A stretch of DNA of 64,000 nucleotides from Balanoglossus misakiensis (taxonomy: Eukaryota; Animalia; Hemichordata): the NCBI GenBank assembly GCA_040954595.2, contig CM082592.2:4170735-4234734 (forward strand). Reading direction: 5' to 3'. Under the pieces are notes generated by a model. That model worked only from the letters and a program-made list of their open reading frames with translations, was not told where the DNA came from and made no database searches. The position numbers and the translations under genes were made by a program. Position 1 is the stretch's first letter; each line of letters begins with the position of its first letter. Of the stretch, positions 51,301-64,000 are shown piece after piece.

Positions 51301-54300
51301 AGAGAGGTAACATGCAGTTTGTATAATGTTTTATGTCGTATAATATGATGTTGAATAAAGAGGAATTGAATCGTGGAAGATTCATGGAATCAGATGTCAA
51401 TTTGAGGAAAACGGAGTTTCATGATACACTGTACACATTTTTGAGAAGCTACTCCACTGAATTATGAGAAGTGTGTGTGGTTCTCAGAAATTGATAGTTG
51501 CTTCACATTTGACGTATGAAAAGCACTTTCTAATGTAACACGGTAGCTGATTAAATTGTGATGTTACGAGAGACTGCAACTTCACTGATTTCCGGAGAAC
51601 CGCGTGTGGTATTCTCAGAAATTGATAGGTGCATCTCATCTAGGTGCGAAAAGCACTTTTTAAATTTGATAGATCGGAGGATGATTACCCGTGTCCGTCA
51701 TTAGTTGTGTCTTCATTAGGGTTCAATGTCTCAGTTCTTACAATTTTGATGCCGGCAGTCTGGATTTGGTTGTAGATTTGTGAAGTTTTTTTTTTGCATG
51801 GTTTCTTTGTGTGTATACATTATATGTACCAGGAGGGGAGTAGTCAGGTATACATGTAATTTGAATGTCGTAAATTGCTAATCGTACGTATTTGTGATTA
51901 CAGCCACTTCACCTCCCTCTCTGTGCATTGGTCCATCCCTACATGTCCATTTAAATGATAAGATTACGCCTATGAGCTTGAAAATTAGGGTTCATGTTCG
52001 ATTAAATTACGTGTAAGTGTTACGTTAACATTTATGCCACGGTCTGAATTTCAGAAGTTGCCCTGGTCACTTTTTTTTTGCAGAGCGTCCCTATGATGTA
52101 ACCAGCGTTGTTTGGTTTGTCAGTTTTTTCTGTTTGAGCAGGCCCAGTGTTTACCAACTTATATAGTTACCTGTAAGGCTGTTACACAACAGGCTGGAAA
52201 ATGAAATGTCAGTGTCCGTCTCTCATATTAAAATCCAGTAAAATGATTTTGTCTATTTCATTGCATATCTTCATTGATATCATATGTTGCTTGAAATGAA
52301 GTTTCTTGTTCATTTCTTGTTACTGCTCAGAGAATATTTCGGCCAATTAAGTTACAGTTATCAGTAAATGTTACTGTTGTGTTAATCATTAGCTCGGTTG
52401 TACATGTATGTAATGATTTGATTTTGTTTGATCTTGCATTGTTAAAGGCAGATGTTCATGAAATCAAAACATCAGATTAGTTAACACAGTATGACAAGTC
52501 AAACTTGGTACCCGTATTAATTTGGTATCCCACCTCTATTTATCTATAGAGAGTGTTAGTATCTCCATGACAATAGGAAAATGCACAATTGCAGTGGCAC
52601 ATCAAGTCCTAGACTCTTTGATGGCTTTTTTGCCGACTGCAATGTCTATTGCGTGCCCTCAACGGCAGGGCGGAGCGAACCCAGCGAGTTGGTGCAATGG
52701 CGTTATGGCCGTGGTCCATCGCCATTATATTTCACCCTGCCCTGCCATTGATGGCAGTAAGTGGCAGACGGTTCGCACAATAGAACATCCTTATAGAGTT
52801 TTAATATTGTCAATCTCTGTTTCTGTTCAGTTTTCATCTTTCACCTAGTCTGAAGTCTCTTGCTGTTCAGGCCCCAGCACCTCCCCCCCCCCCCTCCCAC
52901 TCAATCGCTGCCCGGGCTCACATGTTCACATTTTGAATCCAGGAAAATTTAGAACTCCAGCAAAAAAAATTTACAGACAGAACTGTGGCAACTCCACGAA
53001 ACATGATAGTATAGTGTTTTACAATGCTGTTAATTGATACTGAATTTAATCATGCAACTTTTATTTCTTCACTGTGAGAATTCTGTCCCATTTTTTCTTC
53101 ATGATTACCAACTCCTGTTCAAAATATGCCTCTGTACATTGAACCAGCTGCCCGCTTAAATTTATATCTATCCTACTGTCTAGTCTGTTTTGTGAATTTC
53201 TTACTTCGTCGTCAAAATCTCTTGGTTTAATCTCATCTTCATCTCTCCATCCTGATTCCACCAATCCCTGCAAACCACAGTCATGGAGTGAACGTTCTCA
53301 AACATTAACAGCAAACATTTGCATGTAATGCGTCAGCCCCAACCGTCTTAACAGTACTCAAAATTTTCCCTCCTTTTTTTTGACATTCTAGGTACATTGA
53401 GGAGCACGTGCAAAGGACCGGCGTCGCCATAGAAACTCAAGGCTTCACTTTTGTCACCAGTGGACGGAAGCGCGAGTCACTCACCGTAAGTGAGAAAACG
53501 TGATGTCAGTCTGTCGTCATGGGAACGATTAACTGTATCACCGAGCAAATATATAAGATGCCGGCTTAGCTGCTCAGTAGAATAAAGATGATATCGTGTC
53601 CCTCAAAGTCGAATCTAGTCAGATGTACTTATAGCTATTTTTAACTGGTTTGCTAGATTAAAGGGGTAAGGCTGATATCTCTGTTGTGCGCTATTCTGCT
53701 TTGAACCTTTCACCACCATGGTTTGATAGGAATACACACTTCAATACCACTGCCTTACATGTTACATACAGCTCAAGTGAAATTTCAGAAACTGTGTTCA
53801 GCGGACGTTGACTCTTCCAGTGCGATATTTATTATTATCGCAAATAAAACTGGGAATTGCTCGCCAGTGATCACCATAGAACTAGATTTGCCATTATTTC
53901 GTCTCTTGCAGGGCAATGCAACCCTTCATCTTTATCCACACTTCAAAGAACTGGCAGACATTGAAGGTAAGCAGTAAGGATACATTGCAGGCAGTGTTAT
54001 TGGGGGGGGGGGGGGGGTTTCGAGGCTGAGTTTTCAGGGAATTTGGTCGGATTATATACATCATTGGTTGCATAGTTTATATTTTTACGCGCATATAGCA
54101 GTTATATGCAGACAGACACACGTGCATCCATGCATACATTTATTACACAGACTTCATATAGTTACAGTTCTCTAACAGATACACGCACAGTCTATAACTT
54201 ATTCCCCATCCATATTCATATATGGTTCCATATGTATGGTAAGTACAGTCCCAGTACAATTCAGCTACAGCTACTATCAAGCAATTACACACAGTTTCTG

Positions 54301-57300
54301 ACATACATACACGCACGCACACAAACACATTAAATTCACACTAATCCATGTCAAAATTCTCAAATCAATGCCTTGCTTTGCATTGCTACACTTCACGCTG
54401 CAAGCTATTGTCAACTACTACAAATGTCAACAGCTGCTACGTGGAGTGGAGCAAGGTCAAAGGTCATTTCTACCAGTTTTTGTTTAAAAAAATCTTTTCT
54501 ACCATTAGAAGTAGACTTCTTGTATATCAGAAATCTGTTGCGAATAGTTTTTTGTTTCCTTTTGCTTAGCGTCCAGCAGGACTTGTTTTTCAGGAAATGG
54601 AATTTTGCCGTGAGATTTGGCATGGCTTTGTAATGTGGTATCATTGATGTAACTGAGCTTGTTGCTGCAAGTATGAATTTTAGCATCAGCCCTGTGGACT
54701 GCAGTAATCTTGTATCCAGATTGTAGATCTGTGCGATTAAACTCATTTCAAAGTTTAAGACTCGAGCGAAACTTTTTAAAATCCATCAAGAAGATGATCG
54801 TCTTGAACGAAAGAGTAGATTTAAAGGAATTTCAGAAGATACGTACAACACCCTGTGTTTGACAGAGATGGACGGACGGACGGATGCTAGATCGCCATAG
54901 AAACCATGTGGGCGCCGGCTGCTCACCACTAGATCTTGCTGACGTCCTGAAGCGAAGTGAGATGCAGCATGATGTAGTGGTGTGCAGTGGAGTCAACAAA
55001 TACCAAACCAACCACAGCAGAAGATGCGATGTTTCACTCCCATTCCTAACGCAACATGTAATAATACGTCATATATACATGTACATTGTTCCACTAACTT
55101 TTTTTTTCACAAGTCGGTAATGATAGACCATGGGTTTGGTTTCACGTGACATGACTTCGGACTCGAGTCGACATTCGTGTTGTGTTGGGATTTTGTCGTG
55201 TATGCCATCAACAGGTTGCATTTAAAGATGTCATAATGAACTTGTGTCACCATTGTTTGTGTGTACGTGCCACTTTAGAAAACAACTGTTTTATTGTTTT
55301 TTCTTAAAATAAATTGTATTCATTTATTAGTCCTGTCTCATTTCATCTGATAAATGCCACAGAATTCAATCCTGGGTGTTGCACAGACACTGTACACTTC
55401 AAAATGTGAACAGTGTCAAATGCTTCCGGGCAGTGTTTAAGCACACTTAGCACAGGAACAGTGCTGGACAGTACAGAGGTTATTTTTTCTGTCATCACAT
55501 TGTCGGGCACCCGTTCTGCACGCATTTAGAATAAGCATGATTATAAACCCACCAGCACCAATCGGCACAAACCCTTGAAATGCATCGGTTTCGCACCCAC
55601 TCCTTTTTTTATATCCGCATTCCATTTTCATTTGATGTCCATGCATGCAATCACCCGTCACAAAAGTCCCAAGACTTGCTCAAAGAGACAAGCCAGCCGG
55701 CCAACCAACCAACCAACCAGCCTGCCTACCTGCCTGCCCAAATTCCGCACCCTGCTTGCACCATGGCTCCTGTATGTAGCCCTTCATTCGGTGGCTCTGT
55801 TTCCATGGCGACAAAGCTGCCAGGTGAAGAGCTATAGACACGGGTTACTAACCTTGCACGATTTTAACAGCAACCGTTCTCGCTTTATACAATCTCCTAC
55901 TTTATAGTTGGACCGTTTTAGAAATTATAAACTGCAGCCTGTTTGAGCTAAATTGCCTAATCTCCGAGGTCACTCTGCCTGTCGCATTTCCCAATCAAAT
56001 GCATGCTGGCGTATTGCCTGTATATCTGTAAGCCTGCCCAAAGCTCTTCACTCCCACTTCTTAATAGATCCACGGCAATAATTTCAGATTAGGAAGTTAG
56101 TGTGCGTGTGTGTGTGTGTCGCTTATAAAAAAGCAGCATGTCCCATGTCAGCTCCAAGGCTGCTCCTGAATTCTCCTCAGATAAACGGTACCGGTTTGCT
56201 AAGGCAACAATTAGCAGTGGCCAGTAAAATGCAGCTTCCAACCACATGAGACGGACGTAAAGAGATACAAAGCAGTACTTACAGATCATGTATAATAATT
56301 TTAATGCCCTGTGCTGTTCCTGTTTGTATACTTTAATTCATAGTTTTTCCAGATTGTAGGATTCGCAGATGTTACGAACACTCACAAATCTGTCTCCATC
56401 CCGATTTTTCTTTGCAATTTATACCCAAGGTGTTGTGGAATACCTGAACACGGAAATCACCACCTCCAAGCAGAAGAAGTTCAGCCTGGTGACTTTTGTG
56501 GACACCCCGGGGCTGGTGGATGGCGACATGAAATACCCATTTGATGTGGATCGTGCCATCACATGGCTAGGTGGGCATTATCTGTCTTCACTCTAAAAAT
56601 AATTTTACAAAAAATTGGTGTTAAAAAGAAAGATTTTATGATCGATTATCCTGGTATGCATTGTTTCATGACTGTGCATGTTTCCGTTTTCTGAAGTCTA
56701 TGATTTGTGCAACACATTTGCCGCAAATCATAATTTTCTCTAACTCACTATGGTCACTTGAGATTAATTGCCTGTATTTTCAACTAAACTGTCCATTGAG
56801 TGTATTTTCATAATTTTCATTTTTTGAACGTACGGAAATCCTCTTGGAGTTACATGCAGTGCCAATCTCTTGTATCTTCAGAGAGAAATTTTGCCGGATT
56901 TGAAAGGGTTACATTGGAGTGTTTATTCAGTCCAATTCACTCAGCAATTCTGATAATTCCCTTTCATTTATAACAGATCAATCTTTTCAGAAAGTACAAA
57001 GACCACGCCATTGTTTGTTTTGAATCAATATCTCTCAAAAGGGGATCTCCTGACCTTTTGAATATCAAATCCCAAAACTTACTGATGTCTGGTTTCACTG
57101 TTCGTCCAAAAATTTGTGACGAGACAGGTGTCTGGGTTTTAACGGTTGTGGCCTTTTTGTATTAGTCTAGAGCTGTCAAATAGTCTGAGTCGAAATTTGC
57201 ACTTTGACCAATGTAACAATGCGAACATGTCCGCATCAATGAAATTGCTGTCAAGATATTCTGTAAATACAGACATTGACAACATTCCTTTACTATAGCC

Positions 57301-60300
57301 ATTGACGTAGTGCAGACAAACAGTTGAAACTTTAACAAATTGCTGTTGAAATTTTAAAGCATTCTATGCTTCACTCTGTAAATTGGACTCAAGAATAAAC
57401 CACTGTTTAGTTTTTTTATCAATATTCCATTCTATAAAGTAGCATATTTTGAGATCGTGTGACACCAGAAAATTTCTGTAATCAATAATTCTTACGACAG
57501 TTTTTGCATTTTTTTTTCGCAGGAGATAGATCTGACTTGATCTTCATCTTCTTCGATCCGATCGGCCAAGCCCTGTGCAAGCGCACGCTGAATCTGGTGG
57601 AATCGCTCAACGAAAAACACAGCGAGCGCATCAAGTTCTATCTCAGCAAGGCCGACGAAGCGGGCCATGAGAGCGACCGGCAGCGAGTGATGATGCAGAT
57701 CGTTCAGGAACTGTGCAAGAGACCCGGGCTGAACAAGACCTGCTTTGACATGCCAACAATCTACGTTCCCAATCTGACAAGTGGCAAGGTAGGCAAAGTG
57801 AGACGACATCTGACTGATCGTCGAAATCAACCCTGCAGATGATTGACAGATCCAGACAGATGACGGACAGACACAAAATGATAGTGTGAAAGAAAACCCA
57901 CTAATCCAGCAATCGGTTATATAATAATGTCGTCCAACTGTTGCATAACATAGTCTGCAAATGTGGCCTCTCGCGCGCGCAGTCGTGCCGAAAATATGCA
58001 CGTTGATATTTTTTTGTCGTCGACAAGAAGAATGTGAAGCGATGGAAAACATACTGCAAGCCCCAAACAAGATTGGCCGTGATTATTGTAAGCTTGTGAT
58101 TGTTGCTTTGTTTGGGCGGAAGGGCTTCAACAAAAAAGTGCTTACGTCATCAGACAGGACGGACAAAATCCTGTCTGGAAACTCAATGCCATTTGGGTGA
58201 TGCAATTGAGTCTCTGCAGAATGATGCTAAGAAAACCAGAAAAAAATCAGGTCGTCTGCTGACAAATTTTACACATTTTCATAAAAAAAGATGCCAGTCG
58301 TGTTTCTGATGTCTGATGTACTTGACAGATTTTATATTCCAATCATTTATGGAGCAACTTTGAACAAGGACACACAACCTTGACGGGAACAAGTATGCAA
58401 ATGAGTTGCCTATTCATAGCTTGCATGACTAAGAGGAATTTTTATCGACTGTCGGCAGGGTTAGATAATTTCAGTCCATATTTTTAACAAAAAGCACATC
58501 AAGCTAACTTTTGTGCAATGTTTTAATTGCAGAAGCTTTTTTGTTCAAAAAACTGAAGAAAAAAACTGTAAGATTTGAGAAGGGATGGTGGGGATTTATA
58601 AATTAGACTTGTGCAGACCCCCCAGGGTCACTGCTCCTCCAGACAGCAGACAGACAGACTGATTGATAGAAAGTCAGACAGAGAGACCGACATGCACAGA
58701 CAGATATGAAAAAGTCAACAAAAATGTGGGTACAATCTTAGGGAGCTTAGAAATGTCTACCTGCAGAATTGCAAACATTTTAATGAAAACGCTAGGGTAG
58801 CAACCTGCTGAATAATTTGCCAGGCAGACATTGATTATTTTTTATTTCCCATTTTGAAAGATAACAATGTCACCATTATTTGAAAAATGTTGTGCATTGT
58901 CTTCATGAATCAGGTTTTCTCATCAGTGTTAGTGAATGGATAAGCTGGCAACTTATAGTTGACTTGAAGGACACTGTCTTCTATGCTGTGTGTGTCTGTG
59001 TGTCACTGTCAATGGTGCATCAAGCCACTTACCCAGGTCTTTTTACTGGGAACATAAACTTTAATTGGCCCGTTGCCATGGGGTGTGGCTTTTTCCATGG
59101 GGGTGAGCTTGCTTCGGGTGGGATTGCATCATCTGAGCCATTTGATCAGAGATTAATTGCAAGCATAGCTTGTCATGTTAAATAGGAAAAGTTTTAATTC
59201 CCCTGGCCATTGTAACTGAATTACTCCGTCTAAATAAATATGTACGATTATGAAAATTTAGGATAAACAGAAACCAGCAGATGCTTACTGAATACTACTC
59301 GCTGTCCTACTCAGATGCTTGTTTTGCTAAATCTGCTAAAATAACCAAGACAGTCATGAAATTGTTGAAAATTTCAAAATTGTAATGTAATCCTATGTGG
59401 ATGTGTTATACAAATTTTTTTACACATTGAAATGCTGTTTTTGCATGTACATAGATCAAGACTGCTCCATCTATTCTGTTCTCTCTCTCTCTCTCTCTTT
59501 GTGTTACAAATTTTTGCTGTGTTTTTTCTTTGCAGACAACAAGATGTGTGAATCAAATCGAGGACGTCTGTAAGGAAATTGAGAAGACCATCAACCAGAC
59601 GATACAGAACACTTTGAACACGCTTGAAAAGGATTGCGAGAAGATTTCTGACCTGATCGATGACAAACTTACCATTGACAGGTAGAAATTTCATTTTTTG
59701 GGGGTTGGATTTGTCCCAAATAGTAGAAATCTGATCTAAGGGAAGAATCGTTTGATTTCAGTGGGTGGGGTGGTGGAGATTATTTTGATAAAATAAAATT
59801 TTTTTGGCAGATGGTGCAGAGGAAAATAAAATAAATTCTTCTGCAATGCCTTGAGACAAAAAGTAGGACATCCACCAAGGTAACAAATTTTCTTGCTGGA
59901 TCCTCTTGCAGCGCTGCCAATTCGTACAATCTGAAGGCAAGAACGAAAGGCTGCTTGTTCATGTTACTGGGCAGTATCTTGCCGGCCTTGCTCTGTGTGG
60001 CTCTCCTGCTCAGTAATCTGTCGGAAGAAGTAGTGCAAGGCATTTTGGGTGAAGAAGCAAAGAACGCCACTCTCTTGTATCTGGTAAGATTGTACAAAAA
60101 GCCTCCAACTTCACTAATGAGCATGATTTATAAAAAAAAACCTGCAAATCCCAACGGAAACTGCCACGTGGTCAGCAATTAACATTGGTAATAGAGAAAA
60201 GCGCCCCCAACGGCCAAATCATCGACATCTCTTGTTTATTAGCTTGGCTAGTGTGACAAAAATATTCTACAGTTCTGATATTTGCTTACAGGGATAAATT

Positions 60301-61559
60301 AAGTTCATTGATGAGGCATGCACTAAACAGAAAGCTGATTTTTCAATGTAATAAGAACATCTTGCAAATCAAAACCATAGCATGCATCTCTTTACTCTAA
60401 ATGTCACCTTCATCTGCTGTGCTTGTAAACATTTAGGTTTGAGAATAGTGATTAAATTGAAATTCTGTTAATTATTTTATTGCAGGCACCGGTCAGGAAG
60501 GGCTGGGAATCGATACCAAATGACTCCCGTCATTTGGTGATGATCGGCATAGCTGTTTTCACTCTGATCTTATTGGTCCTTGCAAAGATGTCGTCCAGGT
60601 GAGCTATTTTCTCCTAAAACAATCCTGCTGCTCTTTTCCCATAGGGCATAGACTCTTACATTTTTTTTTTGCAAATACATTCTCTTGATATATGTGGCAG
60701 TTACATGTATGAGGCTATAATTTAACACATAGCCTAGTGTTTGATTCAGGAGTGGCACAGGGCAGGAATCACAGGAAACATGCTATACAGTATCAGAGTG
60801 TATCTTATAGTTTCTGACTAATGGGAGCAGTTAGGGGCTATGCTTCTTTATAGAATTGAACCATGCATGGTTGATGTTTTGTTACAGAAGCTAAGGTACA
60901 GCAGTGAGTGATGTTAAACCTACACGGCCGTAAATTGGCGACATATTCTCATTACTAAATTAATTGAGACATAATTAAGGTATTTCGAGGGGGACAGAAT
61001 TGAAGCAATGAATGAAATGGCACTGTTGTCTGTTGCAGATTGAAACCCACGATGTCAAGGCGGGAGAAAAAACAATGGAACGAACAGAGAGATTTTGTCC
61101 AAAATCATGTCAAGAAAACCAAGGTGAGATTTTGTATCATGCTCATTGTTACCTGTAATGCAGAGGCAACGACTTGTTTGGGCAAGCAGACTTGAGCGAT
61201 GTCAACCTATATTGACACAAATAAAGCCAATCTTTGATTTTGTTTACATCAACCAAATCAAAAATTCATACAAAAATTTTGTGGGCATTACGAAAATACT
61301 TTACTAGGCTGAACTCATTTTTTCTAAAAAATATATCAAGATTTTTATAATTAATGATTGGTATATTTGAATCTAAAAAATGAAAAAATAAAAAACAATA
61401 CCATGTTTATTTTTGTATGTGGAGAATGCACAGTGTCGTCGAAGAAACAGCCTGACATTTTCCTTGAACTAACCTCCCCCTATTTTCATGTTTTCCACAC
61501 AACAGGAGAAGCTGTATGCCGAGTACTTGCACCAGAGTGTTGCAGCCCACGATTTGTAG
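33281..61559 (+). CDS. gene 5: EHD/dynamin-superfamily P-loop NTPase with helical region and two C-terminal hydrophobic segments (~450 aa, 11 exons)
   Basis: Exons 33281-33395, 50777-50888, 53392-53485, 53912-53966, 56430-56570, 57523-57788, 59536-59681, 59912-60083, 60486-60598, 61039-61123 and 61506-61559 join in frame (1353 nt). Motifs G1 GNHSAGKS, G2-like TGVAIET, G3 DTPG, G4-like SKAD. Confidence 0.88.
35843..36386. repeat. (CATA)n microsatellite with recurrent CATTTTGTA interruptions
   Basis: Seen directly; intron 1 of gene 5. Confidence 0.98.
36973..37170. mobile_element. decayed MITE with CGCGAAA subterminal repeats
   Basis: TACTGTCAAA...TTTTACCGTA imperfect termini with multiple (T)CGCG(A/T)AA motifs. 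Confidence 0.45.
42045..42212 (-). mobile_element. decayed tRNA-derived SINE
   Basis: The minus strand reads GTGCCCTTGAGCAAGGCACTT...TGTAAATGGGAAC, matching conserved central boxes of widespread metazoan tRNA-SINEs; the head is degenerate. Confidence 0.5.
43490..43563. mobile_element. tiny piggyBac-like MITE (relative at 37911-37995, fragment near 53705)
   Basis: ttaa|CCCTTTCACC...GGTGAAAGGG|ttac; the second copy shares the termini and internal ttaccata/ttggact motifs. Confidence 0.55.
50592..50740 (+). repeat. interspersed repeat, second copy at 62680-62830
   Basis: Shared tatccacatgtagaataacataaa and aaaagggcag..agagagagactttgtccct. Confidence 0.7.
50777..50888 (+). CDS. gene 5 exon 2, Walker A/G1 (VLLIGNHSAGKSSFINW)
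   Basis: tctcttcacag|GC...TG|gtgggt; P-loop motif. Confidence 0.92.
53392..53485 (+). CDS. gene 5 exon 3 (YIEEHVQRTGVAIETQGFTFVTSGRKRESLT)
   Basis: ttctag|G...ACC|gtaagt, phase 2-0. Confidence 0.9.
53912..53966 (+). CDS. gene 5 exon 4 (GNATLHLYPHFKELADIE)
   Basis: ttgcag|GGC...G|gtaagc, phase 0-1. Confidence 0.88.
56430..56570 (+). CDS. gene 5 exon 5, G3 motif (VTFVDTPGLVDG)
   Basis: ccaag|GT...CTAG|gtgggc, phase 1-1. Confidence 0.9.
57523..57788 (+). CDS. gene 5 exon 6 (DLIFIFFDP...YLSKAD...)
   Basis: tttcgcag|GA...AAG|gtaggc; EHD-like D.I...FD and xKAD motifs. Confidence 0.92.
59536..59681 (+). CDS. gene 5 exon 7, helical region
   Basis: ttgcag|ACA...AG|gtagaa; NQIEDVCKEIEKTINQTIQNTLNTLEKD. 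Confidence 0.9.
59912..60083 (+). CDS. gene 5 exon 8, hydrophobic segment 1
   Basis: ttgcag|C...CTG|gtaaga; GCLFMLLGSILPALLCVALLL. Confidence 0.88.
60486..60598 (+). CDS. gene 5 exon 9, hydrophobic segment 2
   Basis: ttgcag|GCA...AG|gtgagc; LVMIGIAVFTLILLVLA. Confidence 0.88.
61039..61123 (+). CDS. gene 5 exon 10, basic tail
   Basis: ttgcag|A...AAG|gtgaga; LKPTMSRREKKQWNEQRDFVQNHVKKTK. Confidence 0.85.
61506..61559 (+). CDS. gene 5 last exon (EKLYAEYLHQSVAAHDL*)
   Basis: acaacag|GAG...TAG; AATAAA follows at 61700. Confidence 0.85.
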   Translation, partial: EKLYAEYLHQSVAAHDL

Positions 61560-61699
61560 ATCATCGTCAATTGTGATCATCAAAGTAGAGCATTGGGAAT
61601 CGCTTGTTATGTTCAAAACCCGAAGATAGTCACGCACAGGTTCTGAGGTTCATCCAGAAAAGATCACACTGTGTTTTGTCACAATAATTAAGAACATTG

Positions 61700-61705
61700 A
61701 ATAAA
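61700..61705 (+). terminator. candidate polyadenylation signal of gene 5
   Basis: AATAAA ~140 nt after the stop, followed by T-rich sequence. Confidence 0.5.
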
Positions 61706-63262
61706 CTGAAAACTGCTAAGTGGATTCTAACATGTAACTTTTCATTGCCATTTTCCTTTTAATGTAATATTACTTTTTTTTCAATTAACTGCAATTAACA
61801 TTTGCATCATCTCCCCAGACACCACTATAACCAGCAGTTAATATTTTTAGAATGTTAACTGTTTTGTTTTGTACTACAGTTTGGTCCTGGCTGAAACCAT
61901 TACACACTTTACCAGGACTAAGTCTGGGTGATGTTAATGTGAATCTTACTTTGTTAGTGATACACGTCCTTCCTTTTTGACATTTCAGTATGCTGAATTT
62001 TGTAGTGCGTTAATTTTTTTTCCTGTTTGATGTTCTTATTCAATTGTCTTGTGCAACAAACTTAATAAAGATTTATCCTTTTAAAAAAAACCTGTGTATA
62101 AAAATCATCAATAGAATAATTCGTTATATTCAGTACTGTGGTTGAGAGAAAGAGAAAGAGAGAGAGACGAGAGGGGAAGAGGGAGAGTGGTGATTCCATT
62201 GGTATGTGTGAACATAGACCCTGGCAGCAGACAAGAATTGTTAACTTACGGTAACTGAATTTATAGCGCCACCATGAGACCACATGTGAAATCTCATTGG
62301 CCTTCCGCATTTGGACCAAAACTGTGTGACCAGCAGTCGCTTCCTTACCAGTATAGTGGATAGTCAGTCCTGATATGGGATGATCAGTTTGTAAACAGAC
62401 ATGGCTATTATATCACCCACCACCTTACAACGATGCGGTAGTACATGTATGCATCATCACCAGGATGACCGATGCCTTTACATGTAACCTTTTCAAAATT
62501 TCAGGAACATATGTTGAAATCACATGACCTGCAGCTGGAAAGATTACATCATGTAGGGTGGTCTGTGGTCGTACACACACCTTCCATCCCACTTGACTTG
62601 TAGGATATGAGAGTAAAAATCTCGCCAAATGAATAAATGGTAAACACCGATTATTCATTTTGGCGAGTTTTTCACTTTCGTGTCCACGAGTGGAACGGAA
62701 ATTGTGTGGTTGAACGTCGATTCACTATATATCGTATCCACATGTAGAATAACATAAAAGGCGTCTTGTATCAAACATAATGGGAAAAGGGCAGTGAGAG
62801 AGAGACTTTGTCCCTCTAATCGCATTTACCATTTTCTGTCAAGTGTATTTAGATGCAGTTACTGGTCTATTTGCTCGGGGAACTATGAAGAAGGTAGAAA
62901 CAGACATGAAAGAAAGAAACACAATTGCCAGTGCTATTTTTTTTATAATGTATATTATATCACAAATACGCTACTCAACTCCTTGTGATGTATTACAACA
63001 ACAGTACAGAAAGTACACATTTCCTGATCGGTAGAAAGTGTGGGATGTTGATCGAGTCTAGTCTACAGACGTGGAAAAATGCAGATGCTTCCAGAAATAG
63101 ATAAGACCACCACTGAAATGATCTGACAAAAAAATGTTTGTCTTGTGGTAAATTTTGACCTGATAATATTTGTATCCATTTTTTTTTAGTTGAATCAGTT
63201 GCCAGACGTTATTGCATAATTCATTGTCAAAGTATTTTAATCCTACGGTACCTTCAAGCAAT

Positions 63263-63863
63263 ACTTCATAGTAAACACACATTGCCTGGCTGTGAGGGGG
63301 CGACAGCACCCGTCTATTGCCCCTTGAGGGGACTGAGTGTTATGCCGAGGGGTATATACATTCTCCTGGTAACGCGCAGTCATGAGGGGGGTAAACAACG
63401 GGTGCTGTTGCCCAATATAAAGGCCTGGCCGGGCAGCATACGTTTTGTGACACACTCCATGATCTTGCTGCTGTACTCTCTCCTCTCTTGCTGTGCGTTA
63501 ATGGCGCAAGGGTTGACATGGTGGGGTTTATCCACTGTCTAATTCTTTACAAAATGAAGTCAAAATCGTTGCTAACTGAATAACATCCTCGATGCCGTCG
63601 TCCGGGTAGGGACAGTTCGACAGAGGTACAAAAATCTCGCCCTTTTCTCCCCAGACGCTCGATTCCAACATGGCCGCTCAGCAGACGACATTACTGCCTG
63701 TCGACAAATTTTATGACCTCACAAAAATTTGCGCCGGTCACATGACAGGGCAGCAACAGACGATGCGCCCATTTCCCTAGGGATGTATTCATTCTATATT
63801 TCTATTCCTTGACGTTCTGGTCAATCGCGTTACAGCATGACCACGGAGTGCATCACAATAAAA
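63263..63863. repeat. double-hairpin element of similar architecture
   Basis: gggcgacagcacccgt / acgggtgctgttgccc stem, then tttgtgacacactccatg / cacggagtgcatcacaat stem. Confidence 0.45.
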
Positions 63864-64000
63864 AGATAGTCAACCAGACTACACTATACCTATAAACTGT
63901 GATTTTTTCCCCAAACTTTCTGGTCAAAACGCCTTCAAAAAGAACAAAACAAGAAATACTGCATTTATCAAATAATTTAAGATTGAATTTCTCCCTAATG

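Noticed and set aside
57492-58070. 192-aa minus-strand ORF
   Set aside because: Antisense to gene 5 exon 6, with no independent motif.
61545-61559. C-terminal AHDL as an ER-retrieval (HDEL/KDEL) signal
   Set aside because: It does not match the consensus, and a two-TM topology would place it in the cytosol.
1-64000. tRNA, rRNA, snRNA or known miRNA genes
   Set aside because: None recognisable by eye; tRNAscan-SE/Infernal would be needed to exclude them.

Overview
This is AT-rich, intron-containing animal genomic DNA. A marine invertebrate deuterostome (hemichordate/echinoderm type) is my inference from the gene and repeat content. I hand-assembled five spliced protein-coding genes with phase-consistent GT-AG junctions. 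(1) 2903-5166 (+), 5'-partial: probable GPI-anchored surface protein with two Cys-stapled CARDB-like modules. (2) 14583-20193 (+), ~423 aa: a related secreted, probably GPI-anchored protein whose two modules are joined by a Thr-rich stalk built from seven tandem-duplicated 27-54 nt symmetric micro-exons. (3) ~21803-27191 (+), ~994 aa: transmembrane mucin (S/T repeats, EGF, SEA, EGF, TM, tail). (4) 31477-30286 (-), ~236 aa: CCCH zinc-finger protein. (5) 33281-61559 (+), 11 exons, ~450 aa: EHD/dynamin-like P-loop NTPase with two C-terminal hydrophobic segments, divergent from gene 4, with a 17.4 kb first intron. The non-coding DNA carries two near-identical PIF/Harbinger-type MITEs with TWA target duplications, TTAA-flanked MITEs, large hairpin elements, a decayed SINE, a ~450 bp local duplication and several microsatellites. 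Gene models rest on splice signals and reading-frame continuity only; no transcript data or database searches were available.
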